A DNA stretch of 64,000 nucleotides from positions 9,579 through 73,578 of the forward strand of contig CAZAEM010000006.1 of the NCBI GenBank assembly GCA_964484225.1, read 5' to 3'. Below are positions 43,776 to 52,788 of the stretch, piece after piece. Made by a program: the position numbers and the translations under genes. Each line of letters opens with the position of its first letter. The first letter of the stretch is position 1. The notes under the pieces are model-generated. The model was given only the letters and a program-made list of their open reading frames with translations, was not told the DNA's origin and made no database searches. Source of the stretch: an uncultured Eubacterium sp. (GTDB taxonomy: Bacteria; Bacillota; Clostridia; Lachnospirales; Lachnospiraceae).

Positions 43776-44951
43776 TCAGCAACTCATAGCCAATTCCAGC
43801 ATCTGCAACAGCCGGATATCGTGGGTGTGGGCCATTGCCACTTTCCGATACCCGTTCTCCGCGATCTCCCGCCGCTCCTCCTCGTGTTCCAGATAGTAGG
43901 CGCACAATTCCTCCAGATTATCCATGCTGTCATAGACCACCAAGTCTCTCCCGATCTCAAAGAAATCCCCTATCTCCTGCTGATAGTTTGTAATCAGGAA
44001 ACCACCACAGGAGAGCACGTCAAAAACACGCTGGGACAGGCCGGAGCGTATGGATCTCGCCGTGATGTTCAGATTGATCCTGCTCTGACTAAAAATGAGG
44101 GGCATCTCCTCCATGGAATCTGCCAGCCCGCAGTTGTGTATCTTCGGCATTCCCGAGGTGTCACTTCCCGTGTAGAAATCCAGGGAAAATTTTTCTGACA
44201 ACCTCTTCAACGCCCGCAGTCTCTCCTGTTCCCCCACTTTCACACTGAGATAATGCTGTGCAATCAGAGCCCGGTAATTCATGTCATAATTTTCCGGAAA
44301 CCGTTTCAGATAGGGAACACTTTCCAGAAAGGCTTCCACAAATTCCTCCGGCAAAACGTCCTCGATAAAATTATATCCGTACACCTGCAGCTGGGCATTG
44401 ACCACTCCATCGGCATAACCCCGCCATCTGTCCGGCAGTTCGATGGAATTGTACGGACATTTCTCCTGGTAGGTAGAGCCCACAAAGGAGATATCGCAGA
44501 TATACCGTCTCTTTTTATCATTTGGGGCGTCCCGGATCACCCGCTCTGCTCTCTGCACATTAGCCGACAGAGGAAGATAGAAAATATGCCCCGGATTCAA
44601 AGAAGCAAATTCCTCATACTGGCAGCGGTCAAAGAGGAACACTCTGTTCCACTGGTTTTTCAGTTCCCGGGTATACAACTCCAGCACCGGGCTGTCCACT
44701 GTCAGTGCTACATACCGGACTTTGACAATCTCGCACACGTTAGAGAGCCAAGGGAAGAAATTTATGGAAAATACAATATCAAACTGCCCCTCCAGTATCC
44801 TCTCCGACACCGCATTTATCTTCTGGGAATCAGAGAAGTCTTTCTCTTCCCTCTCCATATTATCCTCGGTGACAGAAAACTCCAACCGGCGAAAGCAATC
44901 CAGGATATCCGGCTCACATATACTGCCACGATAAAAATATATCTTCACCAT
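43776..44951 (-). CDS. CgeB-like glycosyltransferase (DUF3880 plus Glyco_trans_1_2), paralogue 2
   Basis: DIVFSINFFPWLS, ISFVGSTY, and RINLNITARSIRSGLSQRVFDVLSCGGFLITN...AENG are present. I set the start at ATG 44951, overlapping the upstream stop. Confidence 0.7.
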   Translation of the reverse strand: MVKIYFYRGSICEPDILDCFRRLEFSVTEDNMEREEKDFSDSQKINAVSERILEGQFDIVFSINFFPWLSNVCEIVKVRYVALTVDSPVLELYTRELKNQWNRVFLFDRCQYEEFASLNPGHIFYLPLSANVQRAERVIRDAPNDKKRRYICDISFVGSTYQEKCPYNSIELPDRWRGYADGVVNAQLQVYGYNFIEDVLPEEFVEAFLESVPYLKRFPENYDMNYRALIAQHYLSVKVGEQERLRALKRLSEKFSLDFYTGSDTSGMPKIHNCGLADSMEEMPLIFSQSRINLNITARSIRSGLSQRVFDVLSCGGFLITNYQQEIGDFFEIGRDLVVYDSMDNLEELCAYYLEHEEERREIAENGYRKVAMAHTHDIRLLQMLELAMSC

Positions 44952-46051
44952 ATCTCTCCCTTCCTTTCCTGCCCCAGACACCCGTTGCCCGACAGTCTCT
45001 CCTCCATACGGCGCATCTCGTTGAATTCTCCCATATCCTGAAAACTCTCCTCACTCACTGGGTACATCCCCACCGGTTCTCCCCTCTCCAACAACGTCTC
45101 CATCAGATCCGTCATATGAAAAAAGGTATCCTTCGGTATACAGGAGAGAACCTCCGGCCTCAGCACATACATACCGGTATTGATCAGATAGGACAGGCGG
45201 GGTTTCTCCTCCAGGGAAGCCACGCTTCCCCTCTCATTGGTATGGAGTACTCCGTAGGGTATCTCTATATTCTTCACAGCCGTCACCACGGTGACGGCAT
45301 TTCCCAGTCTCTCATGAACCCGGTACATATCCCCGTAATCCGCCTGTATCATGATATCGCAGTTTGTGACAAAAAAAGAGCTTTTCATCCCGTCCCCCAG
45401 CAGGGTCAGACTCCCCGCCGTGCCCAGGGGTTTGGATTCCTCCAGATACTGTATGTCATGCTCCATCTCGGAAAAGTAAGACATGATCATATTCTTCCGG
45501 TAGTTGACTGAAACAAAAAATTTCTCTGTCCCCTGCCTCTCAAAATTTCCCATGATACGCTCTAAGATTGGTATGTCTCCCACAGGGATCAGCGGTTTTG
45601 GCAGGATCCTCGTGTAGGGATACAGCCGGGTCCCTTTTCCCCCCGCCATGATCACCACAGGCACATTCCCCGGAATGCCCACCGGCTTTTTCCCCTGTTC
45701 TGCCAATCTGTCCCCGGCGAAAAGAATATCGGTTATCTCACCCTTCCCGTCCACCAGAGGGATCGAGGTCACCTGATATCTCTCAAAAAGGCTCTTCGCA
45801 CTGGCCTGGGTTCCCACCGCCATTCTGATCGTGTTTCGGTTCATCACATCCCGGATCTCTCCATAGATATCCCCCGTACTGATGATTCTCCGCCGGATAT
45901 CCCCGTCAGTCACAGATCCCTCCAGTATCCTTGTTCCCTTCTTTACGATATACAGAATTCCCTTGGCGTTGGCGTCGATTTTCCTCATGGCATCTACAAT
46001 ACTCATGTCCCCGACGCCGAGATACTTATCTATCTTCTCAGACATAGACAA
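44945..46051 (-). CDS. ptmE: CBS-pair plus nucleotidyltransferase protein, PtmE-like (sugar-1-phosphate nucleotidylyltransferase of the legionaminic acid route)
   Basis: The N-terminal CBS repeats are SIVDAMRKIDANAKGILYIV...GSVTDGDIRR. The NTP-transferase P-loop is VVIMAGGKGTRLYPYT...PKPLIPV. Confidence 0.7.
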   Translation of the reverse strand: MSMSEKIDKYLGVGDMSIVDAMRKIDANAKGILYIVKKGTRILEGSVTDGDIRRRIISTGDIYGEIRDVMNRNTIRMAVGTQASAKSLFERYQVTSIPLVDGKGEITDILFAGDRLAEQGKKPVGIPGNVPVVIMAGGKGTRLYPYTRILPKPLIPVGDIPILERIMGNFERQGTEKFFVSVNYRKNMIMSYFSEMEHDIQYLEESKPLGTAGSLTLLGDGMKSSFFVTNCDIMIQADYGDMYRVHERLGNAVTVVTAVKNIEIPYGVLHTNERGSVASLEEKPRLSYLINTGMYVLRPEVLSCIPKDTFFHMTDLMETLLERGEPVGMYPVSEESFQDMGEFNEMRRMEERLSGNGCLGQERKGEIW

Positions 46052-46076
46052 TCCCTCAATCCTTTCCCTCGTTCAT

Positions 46077-46869
46077 CTATCTGACCCTGGCGGCTACCAG
46101 ATACTGATAGATTTCAAACTCCTGGTGGTTCTCCTGGATCCCCGGCAGGCTGTAAAGCTGCTCCACCCATGCAAGATCCTCCTCCGTCATGAATTCTCGA
46201 TTCAACAATCCCTGCAATTTGTCAATCTCATAGCCCTGCCGGCCAAACATCTGCTGGATCTCGTACCTGGTAAACAGGTGTATATGGGTCTTATCCAGCA
46301 GTCCTACATCCCGGTAGGTAAAGCGCCCTCTCATCCAGAAACAGGACGTCTCCCTCCGGATTCGCCTTTTTCAGACCCCGGTTGTACTTTTCCACCAGCG
46401 TATTCCCTTCCGCCGAGACTATCACATGGCAGATGCCCTCCGGAGCTGAATTTCTCAAGCAGTCTCTGCACTCACTGAGCCACTGTTCATTCTCTACCGC
46501 AAGCACCACTGATACCGGACGGACATGACAGTCCCCCAGCCTCTCCCTCCGGGCTCGGACAGATTCCTTTTCCTCCTCGTCCATACACAGGTACAGGGCC
46601 TGTTCATAACAGAGCAGGGCCTGATCGTCGTTGACCCCGCAATAATAATCCCCCAGAAGAGAATAGAACTGAGCATTGTATATATTCGCTTCCATTCCCA
46701 AGACCAGACAGGCGAACATGGTCTCTCTGTCTCCCTCTGCCTGGCAGATCCGCGCATTCATCGCCCAGAACATATCCGACTTTTCGCCCATTTTCTGAAG
46801 CTCATTGGCCTTATCTCTCGCCTCCTTCCATCTTTCCTCCCGCACTAGCCGGATCAATTCACTTAACAT
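46077..46869 (-). pseudogene. Disrupted TPR-GT2-methyltransferase gene. A TPR plus truncated GT2 N-fragment (46291-46869) is joined out of frame to a methyltransferase C-terminal fragment (46077-46334).
   Basis: Frame A reads ...VSVVLAVENEQW...YNRGLKKANPEGDVLFLDE and then terminates 12 codons later. That is a GT2 domain cut at its DxD motif. Frame B reads RFTYRDVGLLDKTHIHLFTRYEIQQMF..GYEI, a class I methyltransferase C-terminal pattern that has no N-terminal SAM-binding part. Confidence 0.55.
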
Positions 46870-46899
46870 TTTCCTTCCCTCCTCGAAAATTATGATGTT

Positions 46900-48060
46900 T
46901 TATCTAAAAATCCTATATATCTGTGTCAGAACATAATCCACATCATCCTCCGTCAACTGCGTCGTGGACGGGATATTCAGGACACGTCCGCTGTACCATT
47001 TCGCCCTCTCAATCTCATACGCCACTTCCTGCCGGTATGGTTTCTGCTCATGGATCAGCCCCCATATGGATCTTGTCTGTATTCCTGCCTCCTGAAACTG
47101 TTCGATCCGCTCTGTCATATCCACATCCCCGTCTTCCAGCAGCAGGGAATAGAACCACCGGTTGGAGCGGGTTCCCTCCCTGAACTCCAAAAGCCGCACC
47201 CCCTCCAGGCCGACGAGCCCTGCCCGGTATCTCTCATAATTTTTTATTTTTCTGGAGATAAACTCCTCCAGCATCTCAAACTGCGCCACACCCACTGCCG
47301 CCTGGAGATTGGTCATGCGATAGTTGTACCCCACCTCGTCGTGGATGTAAGCCATCGGATCATTTTTGGCCTGGGTGGACAGATAACGCATGTGGTCTGC
47401 GGCCTTTCGATCTTTTGCTGTGACCGCACCGCCGCCACCTGTGGTGATGATCTTGTTCCCGTTGAAGGAGTAGGCCCCGAAATCTCCGATGTTCCCCGCA
47501 TACTTTCCCCTGTATCTCCCCTCTGTATAACGGGAGCCCAGCGCCTCCGTGGCATCCTCGATCACCGTCAGACCATACTGACCGGCAATATCCATGATGG
47601 TTTCCATGTCTGCCAGGTTGCCGAATACATGGACAACAATAACCGCTTTTACCCTTCGGCCCGTAAGACGACAGATAAGCCCCTCCTCCCCAAACTCGCA
47701 CTGCTCCTCACAAAATCGGCGAAGTTTCACCGGATCCATGCACAGACTGTCGTCACAGTCCATAAAGATAGGACTGGCAAACTGATACCTCAGGGGATTC
47801 ACCGCCGCGATAAAGGTCAGCGTGGGTACGATCACCATATCCCCGGGCTTTACTCCCGCCTCCAAAAGAGACAAGTGCAAGGCCGCCGTACCACTCTGAC
47901 AGGCCGCCACAGAGTCCACCCTCAGATATTGCTGCAACATTTCCTCCAGCTTCTGTATGTAGGCTCCCCCTGTAGAGACCCAGCCCTGCTCCAGGGCATC
48001 CATGACATACTCTGCCTCCCTGCCCTCAAGATTAGGTATCGACAAAGGTACAAAATTCAT
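46900..48060 (-). CDS. legC: DegT/DnrJ/EryC1-family PLP aminotransferase (LegC-like)
   Basis: FVPLSIPNLEGREAEYVMDALEQGWVSTGG is present, with the PLP-lysine region AYSFNGNKIITTGGGG. I set the start at ATG 48060 after GGAGGGGAGAGAGA. Confidence 0.8.
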   Translation of the reverse strand: MNFVPLSIPNLEGREAEYVMDALEQGWVSTGGAYIQKLEEMLQQYLRVDSVAACQSGTAALHLSLLEAGVKPGDMVIVPTLTFIAAVNPLRYQFASPIFMDCDDSLCMDPVKLRRFCEEQCEFGEEGLICRLTGRRVKAVIVVHVFGNLADMETIMDIAGQYGLTVIEDATEALGSRYTEGRYRGKYAGNIGDFGAYSFNGNKIITTGGGGAVTAKDRKAADHMRYLSTQAKNDPMAYIHDEVGYNYRMTNLQAAVGVAQFEMLEEFISRKIKNYERYRAGLVGLEGVRLLEFREGTRSNRWFYSLLLEDGDVDMTERIEQFQEAGIQTRSIWGLIHEQKPYRQEVAYEIERAKWYSGRVLNIPSTTQLTEDDVDYVLTQIYRIFR

Positions 48061-48123
48061 TCTCTCTCCCCTCCATATGACCATTTTAGCATGCGTGACA
48101 ACCCCTGTCAAACACAGGGCATA

Positions 48124-48882
48124 TCACCGGATATTCTCCGGGATCTCCCCGTATTTCTTCTCCGTTTTGTACAGATACTCGGCCATCACCTGCATCAGCT
48201 CAAAGTCCCTCTCATGGTCCAGATCCAGTATCCCGGTATCCGGCATCTCGATGATCTCACAGTGCCCCTCAAAACATCCCTTCGTCCTGCGGAGATAATC
48301 CGGCGAGTAGGCATACAGAGAGCCGTTCATATCATACACATCCGGCGCCTCCTGCCTTGCGATATAGTCGGACTGTATCACCCGGGTGTAACCATTCACA
48401 TCCTGTTTCACCATACTGAAATACGGGCTCCGCCTGGCCGGTGCCACGGAGAAAACCACATCACAGACGACCTCACTCTTCCTCTGCAGAAGCCTCTCTA
48501 TGTCCTCCACCCGGCGCAGGGGTGATGTGATGTCCAGATCCACCACCACATCGTAGTTCGTTTCCTTCCTTCTCTCCATCTGCTCCAGACAATCCAGAAT
48601 GACGTCTGATTTTGCCACTCTGTCCCCAGACAAAGCCGCCTCTCTGCGAATGATATCCACCCTCCGCATCCTGTTCCCCTCCATGATGCGGATCAGTTCT
48701 TCACTGTCCGTACTCACCACGATGTCCGCCGACCTCTCCGGATTCCTCACCAGATACAGGTCAATAGCCGACAGGGTATACAGACACAACGGTCTGCCGA
48801 GAAACTCTCTGACATTCTTGTTCCGAATCCCCTTCGATCCTGCACGACCGCAGATCGTAAACAAAATATTCATAGAATCCAT
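48124..48882 (-). CDS. legF: CMP-nonulosonate synthetase (acylneuraminate cytidylyltransferase family, LegF/NeuA-like)
   Basis: NILFTICGRAGSKGIRNKN is present. I set the start at ATG 48882, 9 nt after GGAGG and 1 nt after the upstream stop. Confidence 0.8.
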   Translation of the reverse strand: MDSMNILFTICGRAGSKGIRNKNVREFLGRPLCLYTLSAIDLYLVRNPERSADIVVSTDSEELIRIMEGNRMRRVDIIRREAALSGDRVAKSDVILDCLEQMERRKETNYDVVVDLDITSPLRRVEDIERLLQRKSEVVCDVVFSVAPARRSPYFSMVKQDVNGYTRVIQSDYIARQEAPDVYDMNGSLYAYSPDYLRRTKGCFEGHCEIIEMPDTGILDLDHERDFELMQVMAEYLYKTEKKYGEIPENIR

Positions 48883-48883
48883 A

Positions 48884-50557
48884 TCACTTATCCTCCCATT
48901 CTCTCCGGCATTTCTGTACATACTCTGTCAATTTCTCTATTCCCACCCTCTGGCTGACCGCAAAGTCATCCGACATATCTGCCATTTCATACAACTCCAG
49001 CAACGGATATACAAGATATTCTTTTCTACTTCCATCCCTGGGATCTTCCGCCGTCATTTCCCGGATCTCCTGCAGTTCCCTCTCACACTGGTCATAAACG
49101 GAAACCGGGGAGAATGTCTCCCCCCCCGCAAAGGTTCTCTCCGCCATGGCTTCCAGGTCAGCAAAATCCGAGTGGGGCCTGCCGTACCGCTTCACCGCCT
49201 CAGAAAACGGCATGACCTCTGCCCCCCGGATTTTTGCTCCCCGGAGAGATGTGTTGACCACATGGTCAAACCGGCAGGCCTTTATGGCATTCTCATACCA
49301 GAGGATAAAGCGGTGCCAGTCCCACCGGGATTGGACCATCTCCCCCTGATTGTTCTCACAGAGGTAGCGCACATTCTCCTCGTACCCCTCATCCCTGCCT
49401 CCCACATGGGACTGCTTCTCCTCACCATACACCATGTCCTGTCCCACCAGGATCACCGTCTCTGCCCCCAGATCACGGCATACGGCAAAGAGGGATGTGG
49501 CAGCGTTGGCACCGTAGCGGTAACGGGACTGCGGCACACCGTGATCACGATATATCCGCTCGGCAAAACCGCTCTCGTATCCGAATATCTTCCGCCCGTG
49601 ATGGATATCTGTCAGCTTGTGAGTCCCATCCAGCTTTGTGAGCAATGGAATTTCCCTGGCTCTTCTGTCCGCAAAGAAATACATCTTCTGATTTGGCTCA
49701 ATATTGGCGTAAATGTCCGGTACAACATCCTGACTCAGCAGAAACGGCAGAGCCGCATTCACGGCGAAGAGAAAAAAACTGTCCCTTTTGTCTCTCAGCA
49801 CCGATATCTCCTCCGCCAAAGAAGGTCCTGCTCCACAGACAACAATGGGCACTTCCCTCTCCCAGACGGCAGCCAGCTTAGGCACTACCGTACTCTCCGG
49901 CAGAAACTGCAGGTTGTGGAGTTGATTGTAGGGAGAGATATCAATAACATATCTGGCAATATTCCGCATAGTCGTCACCCTGCCGATCCCATCGTCGGCG
50001 TATCTCTCCACCAGCCTCTTGCGGCTCTCCGGGAATATCCGCTCCATGCCGGGACAGAGAATGAAGGAGTAATTCTCATAATTTTCCAGAGTCAGCATCT
50101 CCTCCATCACATTGCTGAACATATCCTCGTTGATCCCCTCAACGATAAGGCGCACCCCCGGCGTCTGAAAGCAAAAGCGGAGATCAAAATGATCTATAGC
50201 ATACAGAAAGATCCGGGGAGAGGGTTCATATATGAGAATTTTGCAGGATCCTGTACATCGCTTCAGTATCTCCCTGGCAAACACGCCATTTCCCAGCCCG
50301 AAGATAAAAATATTCTCTGCCCCCACATCCTGCCCCTCTGCCCAGATCTCCGCCTCGTTCTCCGGATAATACATGCTGTTCATTCGTATTTCCTCACCGG
50401 AGTGTGTCCGGAGCACCAGGGCATCCGATCCGGCCGCCGTCGCCATACTCTCTGCCCTCTCCACCACCGGATCGGGAATCTCCTCTCCCCCTTCATGAAT
50501 CCGCTGGTATAATTCAGGAAATCCTCTCTGCAGTGCAATCATATTCTCTCTTTTCAT
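48884..50557 (-). CDS. maf: Maf (DUF115) family protein, paralogue 2
   Basis: IVVCGAGPSLAEEISVL...DIYANIEP...VILVGQDMVY is the Maf core. GGAGGA lies 10 nt upstream of the ATG. Confidence 0.8.
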   Translation of the reverse strand: MKRENMIALQRGFPELYQRIHEGGEEIPDPVVERAESMATAAGSDALVLRTHSGEEIRMNSMYYPENEAEIWAEGQDVGAENIFIFGLGNGVFAREILKRCTGSCKILIYEPSPRIFLYAIDHFDLRFCFQTPGVRLIVEGINEDMFSNVMEEMLTLENYENYSFILCPGMERIFPESRKRLVERYADDGIGRVTTMRNIARYVIDISPYNQLHNLQFLPESTVVPKLAAVWEREVPIVVCGAGPSLAEEISVLRDKRDSFFLFAVNAALPFLLSQDVVPDIYANIEPNQKMYFFADRRAREIPLLTKLDGTHKLTDIHHGRKIFGYESGFAERIYRDHGVPQSRYRYGANAATSLFAVCRDLGAETVILVGQDMVYGEEKQSHVGGRDEGYEENVRYLCENNQGEMVQSRWDWHRFILWYENAIKACRFDHVVNTSLRGAKIRGAEVMPFSEAVKRYGRPHSDFADLEAMAERTFAGGETFSPVSVYDQCERELQEIREMTAEDPRDGSRKEYLVYPLLELYEMADMSDDFAVSQRVGIEKLTEYVQKCRREWEDK

Positions 50558-50603
50558 CTCTCTACATCCTCCATCTCTGCCTTTCCTGCTGTCCTCTCCT
50601 GTT

Positions 50604-52166
50604 CTATAACTCCAGTTTTTCCCATTCCTTCAAAACATACTGCAGAGCTTTCCGAAAGCGCTCCCTGCGGCTCCCATCATCCAAAGATTTCATATAATCC
50701 AGCACCAGACACATCACCGGTTTCTTTTCGAGGTTTGACTGAAAAAAAGCTTTTTCATAACCGGCCTCCCTGATCTCCCTCAAATCCGCCCCGCAGACTC
50801 TGAGTCCACCCATCAGATCTTCATACTCTCTCTCTGTGATATGCGTGAGAGGATTTTCAAACACAGATCTCAACTCCCCTCCCCGGGCCGGAAGGCTCTC
50901 CACCACCCGGCGAAGCGGGATCTGCTCTGTACCTGCTATCCTCGCCCCGCCCTCTGTGGCATTGATGAACCGGCACTCCGGAAACACCGGTATCGAGCGT
51001 TCAAACCAGTCATGAAACACATACCAGTCCCCCCGGGACCAGACTTTTCCGCCATAATATCCGTCCAACATATAGGATTCATCCTGAATAAAGCCCTCAT
51101 CCCGGCCTGTCACATGACTCCTCCCGTCCTCCGAGTAAGACAGATCCTGCCCAATGAAGATGAGTTCCCGGACTCCCAGTTCCATCAGGCAGGCAAACAG
51201 AACAGTGGAGACTCCGGAATAAGCCCTGAGCCTGGGCTGCTCAATCCCGGCATTCTCACAGAGCAGGCGGACAAAAGGATGATCCACTCCCCATATTTTC
51301 ACCGCCTGACTCATGTTCGGGAGTTCCTCGGAGACATTGCTAGTCAAAAGAACCGGAATATCCCGACTTCTCTCATCGGCCATCCAGTCCATGCGGATCT
51401 TGGCATCCGAACAGACGATGATATCCGGTACAATATCCCTTTTGAGCAGAGTGGGAACGGCAATGTCCACACAACAGATCCAGGCCCGTCCTTTCACCTT
51501 TTTCAATTCTTCTGCATTCTTCTCAAGGGAAGGTCCTGCTGACACCAGAATAGCCGGAACCTCGGTATCCCAGTATTTTTTCAGCCTGGCCAGAGGTATC
51601 CCGTTTCTCATGTTAGGCACATTGTGCAGCTGGTTGTGTATCATCTCCACAATAAACCGCTTGATCGGTGCCTTCATAAAACCAATTTCGTCACAAATTT
51701 TCACACATATCCCATCCAGCTGCATAAACTGCTCCGGACAGAGTACACGATAGCCGGGATGGGCTGCCAAAACCGTGGTCTCCACCGCATCCGCTCCCAA
51801 AATACCGCGAATTTCCCTCTCCACCTCTCCCAGGCTCTCCTGTCCCACATAGAGGGAGAGCCTTTCTTCCCCCTGTATCTTTCTGTAGGAATGCGATCCT
51901 TTCATGCAAGAAAAGACCGCCGGTTCCGGTTCCCACACGAGAATCTTTCCCCGGAAAACATTCAGAGCCCGGTCTATGATCTGGCAGTCTCCCATCCCCA
52001 TGAGGAGCATATTCTCCGGACCGTCCGTGTCAAACTGCTCCATCCAGACGTCTGTCGCATGTGTCCCGGCATACAGACTTCCCAAAGCGTACTCTTCACC
52101 ATCCTTTGAGACAACCGGAACGTCCTGTCCGTCTTCTGTTTTTTCCTTTCTGCATTTCACAGGCAT
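50604..52166 (-). CDS. maf: Maf (DUF115) family protein, paralogue 3
   Basis: AILVSAGPSLEKNAEEL...DIIVCSDA...LIFIGQDLSY is the Maf core. I set the start at ATG 52166 (MPVKCRK), 3 nt after AGAGGAGGA. The track start at 52181 is TTG. Confidence 0.8.
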   Translation of the reverse strand: MPVKCRKEKTEDGQDVPVVSKDGEEYALGSLYAGTHATDVWMEQFDTDGPENMLLMGMGDCQIIDRALNVFRGKILVWEPEPAVFSCMKGSHSYRKIQGEERLSLYVGQESLGEVEREIRGILGADAVETTVLAAHPGYRVLCPEQFMQLDGICVKICDEIGFMKAPIKRFIVEMIHNQLHNVPNMRNGIPLARLKKYWDTEVPAILVSAGPSLEKNAEELKKVKGRAWICCVDIAVPTLLKRDIVPDIIVCSDAKIRMDWMADERSRDIPVLLTSNVSEELPNMSQAVKIWGVDHPFVRLLCENAGIEQPRLRAYSGVSTVLFACLMELGVRELIFIGQDLSYSEDGRSHVTGRDEGFIQDESYMLDGYYGGKVWSRGDWYVFHDWFERSIPVFPECRFINATEGGARIAGTEQIPLRRVVESLPARGGELRSVFENPLTHITEREYEDLMGGLRVCGADLREIREAGYEKAFFQSNLEKKPVMCLVLDYMKSLDDGSRRERFRKALQYVLKEWEKLEL

Positions 52167-52225
52167 TGTCCTCCTCTGCAAAATTTGTTATAATACATTT
52201 ATTCTAATGAAACGAGGTGAATCTC

Positions 52226-52708
52226 ATGAAAAAAATTGGCATCATATATGAAGAAATCCCCGAGGAGGGTCTGACGCCAGTTCAGTGCCGGGACATGCTC
52301 ACACAGGCCGGATATGCCATCACACTCTACCACATACAGGAGGATTCCAATTTCCGCGAATATTTCAGCCAATGGAACCAGCCGGAAACAGATCTCTTCC
52401 TCACATACAATCTGGCAGGCCTGTCCTGTCGGACCACCAGCGGCACCAGTTCATACAATCTCCTTCCCCAGAACATCCTGCATTACGTGCAGAATCTCTC
52501 TCAGACCAGGCATCAGCTTCTGGAAGGAGTCCATACTCTGACAACGACTCTACTTGTCACCAGCCAAAAAGATGCCCAGTACGCCAAGACCCACTATCCC
52601 GGTATATACCGCATAATTCATATTGAGTCTCTGGAAAGGGACCTCATTCCCCTTTTGTCTAATCTGGACTGGCGCGAAGTTACCAAGTCCTCCATCTATG
52701 CGTCGTAA
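52226..52708 (+). CDS. Hypothetical protein (160 aa), possibly a solo DUF3880-like N-domain
   Basis: ATG 52226 lies 6 nt after GAGGTG. It loosely resembles the CgeB-like N-domains: MKKIGIIYEE...QAGYAITLY...DLFLTYNLAGLS versus ..VFS.N.FP..S. There is no GT C-domain. Confidence 0.5.
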   Translation: MKKIGIIYEEIPEEGLTPVQCRDMLTQAGYAITLYHIQEDSNFREYFSQWNQPETDLFLTYNLAGLSCRTTSGTSSYNLLPQNILHYVQNLSQTRHQLLEGVHTLTTTLLVTSQKDAQYAKTHYPGIYRIIHIESLERDLIPLLSNLDWREVTKSSIYAS

Positions 52709-52722
52709 TCCTGGCAAGATTT

Positions 52723-52750
52723 AAAAAGAGCCAGCCGGATTGGCTGGCTC
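52723..52750 (-). terminator. Intrinsic terminator of fliC (it also sits at the end of the convergent plus-strand gene)
   Basis: GAGCCAGCC-ggatt-GGCTGGCTC is a perfect 9-bp stem (52728-52750). On the minus strand it is followed by UUUUU. Confidence 0.8.
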
Positions 52751-52788
52751 TAAACAAAACATATGATCTCCTGTCACTATGAACCCCA

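Noticed and set aside
48599-50512. 637-aa plus-strand ORF antisense to legF and maf2. The same applies to 47050-48525 antisense to legC and 26627-28120 antisense to sbcD/fabV.
   Set aside because: These are shadow ORFs. The opposite-strand genes have strong family motifs, RBSs and operon-consistent spacing.
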